Positions 12,401 through 22,100 of a stretch of DNA of 64,000 nt are shown here, in pieces. Source of the DNA: Tubiluchus corallicola. Its lineage: Eukaryota; Animalia; Priapulida. The stretch's first letter is position 1; each line of letters starts with the position of its first letter. The notes below the pieces were generated by a model. It saw only the letters and a program-made list of their open reading frames with translations, searched no databases and was not told the origin of the DNA. The stretch is taken from the NCBI GenBank assembly GCA_030141605.1, contig JAQGDQ010000219.1, positions 306,331 through 370,330 of the forward strand, given 5' to 3'. Position numbers and translations under genes: made by a program.

Positions 12401-15400
12401 ACTTTATGAGGAACTTGCATAATTACGCAAATCCTGTATTGTCGATAACACTTCACTCATTTTCAATTTCTAAATTATTTATGTGCTACTATTCTTATAG
12501 GTGATGAGAGGTCAAACGAGCAATCTGGTCTGGCCACCATGCATACAATATGGTTACGAGAGCATAATCGTGTTGCTCAAATATTGCAAGACATTAACCC
12601 AATTTTGAGCGACGAGACGCTGTACCAAGAAGCCAGGCGCATTGTCGCAGCAGAAATGCAGCATATAACTTATAACGAGTGGCTACCAATTGTCCTGGGC
12701 AGAAATCTAGTTTACAATTCCCCTAGAGTCTCATTCAACCTGCTCTTAGAACCTACAGGTTTTTCATTCGGTTACGATCCAAATGTTGATGCCACCATAG
12801 CAAATGAGTTTTCAACGGCTGCTTTTAGATTCGGCCATACACTCATTCCTCCAGATCTGATGAGAGTGACAGACAACGGAAATTCTCCGCTGCCTTTAAG
12901 GGATACCTTCTTCCGGCCTTCTACTTTGTATGACACTAATTCTGTCGGTGGGGTTGATCCGATTGCGGTAGGGCTCAGCAGACAGGTGGGAGAAGCAGCT
13001 GATGCTAATCTTGTTGATGAAGTTCGAGACAGGTTGTTCAGTTCAAGACCAAGAGAACGTCTTGATCTTGCTGCCCTAAATATTCACAGAGGAAGAGATC
13101 ATGGAATAGCTGGTTATAATATCTACAGAGAATATTGTGGGCTTGCACGTGCCAGAAGGATTGATGATTTTCGGGATGTCATGGATATTGAGCAAATCAA
13201 CAGGCTGAGAGCTGTTTATAGGTAAGTAGGCTGTCTCTTTGTTTAATGTTACCCTGCATGAGCATCGTGAAAGGAACAAGTAAATAAGCCAAGCAATGAA
13301 TAAATCAGCCAATAATGGAGACGCTGATAAGTTTAGATGTACAGATATTCCAAAAAACCTTTACCCACCTAACACAGATATTATGCAATGTCATAAATCT
13401 TTATGTGAAAATAGATTGGGCCGCACGCAGCTTCGACAACCGTACCAACAACACTAAACAGCTGTCGTCGTTTAAATTATCAGCAAAGGCAAGAGATTCG
13501 CAACACCTGTGACTGCACAAACAATAATAACAACAATGCCCAAGAAAAACGTTTCAGTTACAGCACCTTCAGTCCTTATATGTGCCAGCATTAATAAAAA
13601 GGAGGTATAAAGATACATCGGGTAACGATGGTAATGATGATGACGACGATGACGATAATGATATTGTTCATGATAATGGTGATGGTAATTTTAAAGTCAC
13701 AATGCCCTCGGATAAGACAACTAATATTTTCTAAGCTGGTAGCAAATTCCGGAAACTGTCAGTTTCTTAGATCCTGTAGGAAGGTCAATGATTTTTGAAA
13801 GTGCAAGATTGATCTTAAACATGGTTAAGGTGGAGCGTAATTACAGAAGCAAGGTTATAAGATCATTTTTGGTGTCAAAAAGTATATTGTAAACCTACAA
13901 CAACTATGACGGAGACCCATCCGTTAGGGATAAGGCAGTAGAATTTTTTTTATAAGATTTGGTATCATCGACTTTCCTCAGGCATGTAGTTCAACTATAA
14001 AAACTATATCTACAGACTTATACATTAATGACGAGCGACAACATGAAAGTCCCACAAAGAACGTGCAATACAGTTGATGTTTGTAAAAATTTGTAGGAAC
14101 GTAGATGACGTTGACCTGTTTGCTGGAGGCCTCTCCGAAAGGCCAGTCGACGGAGGACTTGTTGGGCCGACATTTTCCTGCATTATTGGTAAACAGTTCG
14201 ATGAATTGCGCAGAGGTGATCGGTTCTGGTACGAGAATGCCGGATTCCCGTCCAGTTTTTCACGGAGTAAGTCATAATTTCTGTTTACATATTCTTGCGT
14301 TGCCAAAGTCGTGTGCTTCTAACAACTAAACCCAACCTGAAGCTGTGAACTAACGAATCATTTGCTTGATATTTTTAGCCAATCCTGTTCAGCCGCCCAT
14401 AATATCCAGAATGCTAAATGTATTTTACACAGTTTTTTGGCTTACGCTATAAAATAAATCTTGTTTACTCCACAAAAAATAAATAACTCGGCATGGTCTA
14501 TAACAATAATAGCCACGACATGAACAGTTACAGAATCATGCCTTTGAGGCGAGATGCAAATCTCGGTCGTTCAGGCGTCAGGTTTGCCGACGGAAAAATG
14601 TCGAAATTGTTCAAAAAATGGATAGGTAATCTGATTCGATTCTCGCTAGGGCAGTTTCATTCGCCAATTGCAATGCCAACAGGCTATTACCTCACAGAGG
14701 AAGGATGTGTACTCTATACACATTCGAGTGTGACCAAAATATCTCTCTACTTCATTTAAAAGCAGCCAGATTCGTCTCATCGTGACTACCCAATTTGAGT
14801 ATCGTTTGCCGTTGAATGTTGCATTGTCGCTTGCAGGATTCCAAATTATATAAAAAACAAAAATAATGAATAACCGCTTTTATCATTGTTATTCTTTTTT
14901 TAATCTCGTAGTTTACATTTTTAGATCAATTGCAAGAAATTAGGGAGGTGACACTTGCAAGAATTCTCTGTGACAACGGTGATGACATTCGTGAAATCCA
15001 ACCTGACGTCTTGAGACCGCCAACTCGCGAACAGTAAGTATTTCATATTACCAAATCAAACATTTTCGAAAGTTATAAAAACTCGGTGATTTGTCACTCA
15101 AATAAAGCAATCCAGGTAGAAGATAGGTTTAGAACGCAACTACAAATGGATTTAATACGCCATGGAGCCAAGGAGCAAAGGACTAGCTGAGTGTCCTTGA
15201 CACATGCTTGACAGCGATAGCTAAGCAAGGTTGAGCTTTGTTGCAAGATAGATGGGTGAGCACCAAATGAGATTACTATTTGGTGCGTTTAAAGGTTTTT
15301 TTCGTGGATTTTTAGGGTCTTCTAATACACCGTCTTTTTATTTTCGTTCTATTTTGGTGCATGAACAAAAGCACCATATTGGCTGATTGAAGAACAGATT

Positions 15401-18198
15401 TTTTTGGGAATTAATTGCAAGAAAATGCTTTTTGTTTTTTTCTGAATCAGGATGTTATGTTGTATTACATAAAAATTCCCCTCGTCATCTGAGAAAATTT
15501 TTCGGTTGAATTTTAAGGACCGGCTCACACAGAATTAACCTTAGCATTCATTGTCTTTTTGTGAGTAAGTTGTGTAGTGTTGGAGAGTAGTGGACGTAGG
15601 TAGCATTTTATTTGAATGTAAATGTATTTAAGTTAACATGGCTTTTTTGCTTGTGGCTACGCACAATGACCCGCGCCCCATTCTCAGTAACCTCTGATCC
15701 AGGAATTTTATATAACAATGTCGAGAGCAGCGTAGTATCGGTTAAACCTTACAGTAGAATAACAAGCAGCCTGTGAAAAATAAAAAGGGTATCAATGAAT
15801 ACTGAGCAATTCTGAGGCGGGACAGATTTTAGGGTAGTGCGACCTGATTTACAATTCATATTTTTTTTTACAAATATCCAGATGATTACACTGGTGCACA
15901 GCGCAATACTAAGTTAATTCTCAAATTTTACATGGGTACAACATTGTATAGTCTCGCCCTTCCATGGACAAGTACTCATCTTGGTCTAAAATCAACCGGC
16001 TCTGAAAAAAATTCCCCAAGGTAATTTCATGGGGAAATTCTTCTGAAATACTACATAACATACTGATTCAGAAAAAAGTATTTGTGTTGCAATTAATTCC
16101 CACAAATCGAGATTTTAGCGGCATTCCTACTACGCACACAATGAAACTGTAACTGGGTGTACGATTAACAAAATTAGTGCATAATATGTGTGGCAAGTAT
16201 TATGATATTTAACATTTTAATTATATATTAACCTACAATTTTACCAAATTTTGTAAGCTTGTTTGTTATTAGAGTTTCCATCTTTTCACTTTAATAAAGC
16301 TAATATGGGTGGTGCTAATTTTATTTACAGCAAGAATGACTGTTTGATTTTGTTTCTGGGAGTCGGTTATTACGTTTTTGTAACTCTCGCAGTATTACTA
16401 ATATAGTACAGCATTTTTCTATCTACTTTAGAAGCGTCGTTGCGTCAATATTGTTTGGGAACAATGGTGGTAGACAGACTTTCAATGCTCGACAGTAAGT
16501 CCTTAAAAAGACTAAACTCTTTTGCTTTCGTGTTCAATCCAGTACTTGTGATCTGTTTCATTTGTTTGCTCTCACAGTCTGCTCAATCTGGCGAAACAGA
16601 TCAGAAGTCCTGGAGCTGTCCCTTTTAAGTTTCATGTACTTTAACCCCTTACAGCTTGCCAAAGGGCTTGAACTAGGACCGACCTAGTATCGCTAGAATG
16701 TCACATTTTATTATCAGATACGAGTTACGTAATGCTAAAAGAAATGTAAATTAGTTAAAATAACTGTTACAATTCACAGTAACAGTTTCATAGTAGCTGT
16801 AATGCATGCGGATAGCTGCTGCTTGCTTGTAGTGTAATTGTAGTTTTATAACTTACATGTTATTAAATATAACTACATTTTTAGTTGTTGAGCATCAACT
16901 CAAATTCATTTATATGTACTCGAATTCAATGTTTCCCATTATACATACATTATACTGAAAAAATGACACGTAAAAACATTTTGTTTAAATTTAGAAAGCA
17001 TTTTGCGATTTAAGTTGCAAGATTCCGAGCGTCAGCTTGGTGTTCATAGAGAAACCTGGTGATCCACTCACTCTGTCTGTACGTTAAACTTTTTCCTGCC
17101 CAAAATAATTTATCCAACTGAGTTGAATTGTCTTTGGTTCAAAACAAAATAATGTTGCAATTCGTTCATTAGTTAATTAATTAGAGCTATTTAATTAAAA
17201 AAAAAATTAAATTGATTTAAACTGCATGTTCTCATGAGCTGAAATTTGGCAGGATGGTTAGATAAGAGGTCCTTAATTCAAAACAAAAGAATTTAACAAT
17301 TCATTTATGAATCAATTAATTAGAGATGTCTAATTAACTAGCTTTTCTTAATTAACTGCCATCAAAAGTATTCACGTCCCCATGGTCTACTCACTAATTT
17401 ATGACATATTCATTCATATGAAAGTGTTTCCGACAGTATGCATTGTTAACCCGTTATCTTGTATATACCCTTTCAAATCTTGATTCGAGTATACAAAAAA
17501 ACAACGTAGTTTTCTTGTGAATTATATAATATTAGTGCAAAAACAGCGGTAGTTGTATCAGTGCAAACTAACTACTTTGCAAAGTGGCTATAGTTGTAGT
17601 TTTAGCTACACTGCCTTAGAAATCGTATTCTTTTAGTTGTATGCAATATATTGCAAGTTTTGTTTGTTTTCATTGTAACTAAGTTCCAACTATGTAGTGT
17701 TTTCTGCAGAGCTTTGCAGCCTTAAAAACACTGAATAAAAGTCATAATAATATCCGTTGTTATGTTACCAATTGGATCTTAATTACAACTGTTCAAGGAT
17801 CATATCCAAAATTTTCGTCAATTCCCAGGGCCTTTTTTAACATTCGCCCCCCCCAGCCTGAATGCTTCCTACGGGCTTTTTAAGCTAACAACTTTAGTTC
17901 GGTGGATGTGTGTAACTTACAGTTATTATGTGGGTAATATAAATCTGTTAAATTTTAACGTCTTTATTAACATCTCAAACCGTAACAATGTCCAGAAAAA
18001 ACGGCTTCGTTATTTTCAGTAACAGTTGAAAGTATGCAACGTTTAGAATTTTGTCAATAATGTTTTCGACAATTTTCTACATCTTATGCAAGATTTTTTT
18101 AATTATAGTTCTGCATCCAATTTTTCAGAAATAGCATAGTGTCGTGTGGATCATTGCCAGCTGTGAACATTCACAACTACTGGAGAGGAATTCGATGA
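3494..18198 (+). CDS. Secreted animal heme peroxidase (peroxidase-cyclooxygenase superfamily; peroxinectin/chorion-peroxidase-like), 726 aa, or 747 aa with the 63-nt exon
   Basis: Exons 3494-3501, 6637-6836, 7134-7269, 7461-7675, 8098-8268, 10157-10321, 10722-10823, 11926-12039, 12501-13221, 14097-14266, 14925-15033, (16432-16494) and 18129-18198. All are GT-AG and phase-compatible (2181 nt without the bracketed exon). Motifs: signal peptide MKRLLFILVICGFLIRPFHG, YRTIDGTCNN, QWGQFLDHD, REQLNQITAYIDASNVYGS, GDERSNEQ, WLREHNR, AAFRFGH, LAALNIHRGRDHG and RRGDRFWYEN. The 8-nt first exon is the least certain. Confidence 0.93.
4600..5340 (+). mobile_element. Degenerate 3' end of a CR1/L2-type LINE (ORF2 C-terminus) in peroxidase intron 1
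   Basis: Frameshifted remnants VNVIFRCF, AYKAYVWALLEY, DIDAIE and RIIFDLKMVYKICNKLVDLSFGDFF..NLHGHNDKLFK..YKYSVANRVV match the post-RT region of CR1/L2 LINEs. An A-rich tail sits near 5317-5340. Confidence 0.75.
10905..11072. repeat. (TA)n at about 10905-10927 and (TA)n(GATA)n at about 11038-11072
   Basis: Directly visible simple repeats in a peroxidase intron. Confidence 0.85.
15397..16108. mobile_element. Foldback/MITE-like element with ~125-bp imperfect terminal inverted repeats
   Basis: 15397-15521 (GATTTTTTTGGGAATTAATTGCAA...TTCTGAATCAG...CGGTTGAATTTTAAGGACC) is the reverse complement of 15982-16108 (GGTCTAAAATCAACCG...CTGATTCAGAA...TTGCAATTAATTCCCACAAATC). No clear TSD. Confidence 0.75.
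16432..16494 (+). CDS. Probable additional 63-nt peroxidase exon (SVVASILFGNNGGRQTFNARQ)
   Basis: Pyrimidine tract plus TAG acceptor, and a consensus GTAAGT donor. It is phase 2-2, a multiple of 3, and open in the frame required between exons 14925-15033 and 18129-18198. Confidence 0.7.
17040..17400 (+). mobile_element. Helentron/DINE-like non-autonomous element relic
   Basis: CTGTCTGT microsatellite seed, GAGCTGAAATTTGGCAGGATGG motif, and an internal diverged duplication (TTCAAAACAAAA...AATTAATTAGAG at about 17138 and 17278). Confidence 0.4.
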
Positions 18199-18914
18199 AA
18201 AGTCACTATAGCATTGACAGATATTGAGTGTTCCGTCAAGGAAATTAGTGCAAGACTTGGCAAGCCGCGCCGGAAACGGAAGTGAAACTTCTACTAAACA
18301 AATTTCCCGAAACATGGAGGCATTTTAGAGCCATATTTGCAATCTGTTGATATTTAAATAACATTGTCGATGTAATTCGTATAAAATCAACTAACGAAAG
18401 TAAATTCATATTAAATTTAAATGTTTAAATCCCCATTAAAGTTATTTTTATAGTTATAATTGGTATGTATTTTTAGTATGCAATATGTTTTGAATTTTCT
18501 TTGTAATAGGCTTACACATGCATTTCAGTATAATTTTACGTAAGTGTTACAAGTAAATAGGAACTTTTGAAAATGTCGTAAATGCACGTATTTTTGAGCG
18601 ATAGTGAAAAACAATATCGTTGTAACGTTTTTGTTCAATTCTCGTCTTTTGCATGTCAATAAAAGCTGCTAGGTTTTTTCAGAATTAAAAATGAACAATT
18701 AATATTGTAAGGATTTAAATGATTTAAGAAGAGTTGTTTGCATACGCCTATGTCGTTCAGCAACGCTAATTTATATTAAAAAGCACATCAATTTTCTTTA
18801 GATTTCACACAGGTAGTAACTGGAAATGAAACATGATAATAATGTGCGGATATTTATTTTCTAAGGCTGAATTCCGATATTTGGAAGGAGTTTACATTTG
18901 TTCATTGTTTACAT

Positions 18915-19000
18915 TTCCCCCACACAATTTAAATGCTTTAACCCTAATCCTAACCCTAACCTTATCCGCTTCATGAACTAATTTGTTGCGTGTGGGGGAA
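18915..19000. mobile_element. Mini inverted-repeat element with telomere-like (TAACCC)n core
   Basis: 11-bp perfect inverted repeat TTCCCCCACAC (18915-18925) / GTGTGGGGGAA (18990-19000) flanking TAACCCTAATCCTAACCCTAACC. Confidence 0.6.
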
Positions 19001-19195
19001 CTAATATTCCCGTAATTTTAGCATTTGAATTTTTCAAGTGGCTGTTGTAAAAAGGTAGGAAAGTCATAGCGTCGGCCTCATAATAACAATATTCAATAAT
19101 AATGCCAAGTTAAGAATTAAACAGTGCCGAAAGACCTTTATTAAAATTTCATTTTATGGCGCTTTTTTACAATATCGTAAGAGTCTAAAAAATTT

Positions 19196-22100
19196 TCATG
19201 CGTGTCTGATGTATTTTACCACTACGCTCATAGTAGTCGTGGCTTCTTTTGTAATTTTACTTCTGTCTGTTTCCATGTTGCGCCTGCGCCGTATTATCAA
19301 ATACATTGTTCCGTTGAGTATTCCACCTGCAATATAAAAACCAAAACGATTACTTCTCCTCAATCTACGGCAATGGTATCACACTGTCTTGTGTAGAAGA
19401 TAGTGTCCAAGGTGTTTGTAAGATCCTGTACGTCTTTTATTAAAATTTTAACTAAGGTTGAATGACGATTGAAGATGTGTCAAAAGGAATAGAATTACAC
19501 CACACATTTTCATTTAAACTGGTCGTAATTGTTAAAGATATTCATATTGTTAAATTTGCTTTGCGTTACCACAGAAAATTAATTAAACTAGGTTAATCAT
19601 ACGACAGGGAATTCTAGATTTATATCATAGACATATAATATAATATAAATACTCACATAAAAGCCGTACGCACTGGATGTTTCAGCTATGCATTTCCCTG
19701 GCTTTCAATTTCAATAAGAAGCTTATTTTAAGATAATAAGAAGAAATTTTAAACCAATTCTTAAATTAAACGGCTACCGTCTTATACTTACCAATATTCG
19801 AAAAAGTTACCACTAAAAGAAACATGAAGTATGGCGGCGTTTCAATCAATTGCCAGCCGCCAAAAATAGCAAGCGGCCACCACTGGATGAAAAAAGCGGC
19901 TACGAACATCATCATTGTTTTAGCGGATTTGTGGGCAGCTCTGGTTGATGCAGCTTCTTGGCTTAGTGAACCTTGAATGCGCTTTGATTCCTGCAAAGTT
20001 ATATAATGTATTTAAAACATCGCTGAACGTATTTTTAATGTTAAAATTAATTCATAGCTTTGTTCCCACCTTCTTCAATGATATGCGACAGAAGAAAAAT
20101 ATTAGCAACGAGATACAACGTGAAAATTTTTAGGTGACATCATTGGAATCTAGCGCTGAGCTTTTTTATTATTGTAAATTGGTTGAATTTTCTGTTTCCT
20201 GATAATTCTTGTTTTTTTTAATCTTTCCCTGGAGGGTTGGACGTGTCCTTCTCAAATAATGCTTTTGACAAAGAGAGATCATTTTTACATTTTCCAAATG
20301 ATAAAATTGTAAGAGAACAGTGGATTTTTAGGTGTGATCGACGAGAAAAGAAACTGATACCGAGTTAGCACGACAACAGAATTTGTTTAAGACACTTTAC
20401 CGACTATGGTTTTGAACCTGAGCAGATCGAGTATACTTATACTGTCTAACTTAAAGTGAGGTTCGACAGAAAAGAAAACTGAAACCTTCTGCATTTCCTT
20501 TGGTTCTGTGGCTGAGTTTTTCTTAGGTTAAAAGCTTAATGTGTTGTTTGCTGTTATATTGTTAAAAATATCAGATGAATTTTACCATATTCCGGTTGCT
20601 TTTTTCAAGGACTTACTAAATAATTTCTTTCATTCGCAGAAAAGTAATCAGTTAGCTATGCAAGTTTTAACTAAAGCGCTTGAGAAACTGTAGACTCAAA
20701 TAGGTTAGTATGGCTTTATCTGAAATGTTTTTGTAAGTTGCAATAGCAACATTAAAACAATTATTATCAATGCAGAAGTGTTCGAAAATTGCTCAGTTGC
20801 TCCTAATCTAGAATAAATCTAAATTTACTCGTATTTTGTTAAATGGCGCCAGCGATACCATTGATGGCACGCTGAAGTTAATACAGATAATTTTTGCGTG
20901 CGCGAAACTTTTCGTCGGTTTCCAAACATAGTTATCAGCAAAACTACGTTTTGACACTAAATAAGATTTTGTCTTGCTGCTTTAATAGGTTTTTAAAAAT
21001 ATTTTTCATCATATTTCGACTTTCCACCCTACTGGGTCATTATTGAATGCAAATTTAGTAATAATTACTAAACGCCAAAAAAACTTGCAATATTTTAAAA
21101 TTAATTGATATAGAAACCTTGAAATCTATGTAATATAATTATGATATGTATGAAATCTTGCCTACTTTTTGGCTTTCAATTGCAGAGCTTACGTCTGACG
21201 ATGATCTAGTAGTGTCGAAAAGTTTTAATTTACGTTGCAGTGTGAATGCCGGCACTTATTCAAGAGAAACTGCTTTTCACATAATGTTATATATCTTCGG
21301 TGATTTTTAACGGTGAATATGTACAGGATTATACCAGCAGCTGAGCTTTTAAAGGACAAGAATGGGGTGCCTGAAGTAGGTTTCAGAAAAAGCGCCTTAA
21401 AAAATTATATTACTTTATAGCAATTTTATGCGTATATCGTACTCGCGTTGAAAGGATTTTTTATTTGTTTTCATTTTAAACCTCCCACAATACTGTTCCG
21501 ATCGCGCCATTACATACGTCATGTACGCATAACGTAAATCAGGGAAAGAAAAGTAAACGTTAAATTATGTCCCAGAAAACTTTCCGTGCAAAGTTATATT
21601 ACTTAGCATATCGCTTATCTGATTGAAAGACTTATGTAATTAGAAAAGAAAATTATTAATTATTTAAAATGTTTTACCAATTGGTAAAATGTCGTTGACT
21701 TACCTCCAGGGTGCACCACTCATTAACCAAAAAACGTATTTTTAATCTTATTGACAAGATACAGTAATTTAAAATTTTACTTAGTGGCGTGTGTGCTACG
21801 AATGCTCTGATTATTTTCCAAATTTTATTCAGTGTTATCTAAACTTGTTTCAAATGACTTATCATCAAAATAGTTGCGTCTAACGACCATCGCGGAGTTC
21901 AAATTTACATGTTTTATACAGCGTTACTGCCGACGCAAGCCCTGTATGCAAAGAACCAGTAGGTAAGTGGTATAAAATTTCCTTAAGCTTTATGTAAGTG
22001 GAGGGTTTTCTTGTATTTAAGTCAAGTTACGTTAAGTGACTATAGCCCATGCATTGTAAATTCTACGAAGTGTGTATATTGATCTTTACTTGCTCAATTA

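Noticed and set aside
18938-18963. True telomere or interstitial telomeric array
   Set aside because: Only about four imperfect TAACCC units, enclosed by inverted repeats typical of a small transposon.
19650-19740. Alternative GPCR exon (minus-strand GTGAGT donor at about 19656)
   Set aside because: No clear acceptor or open frame compatible with the flanking exons.
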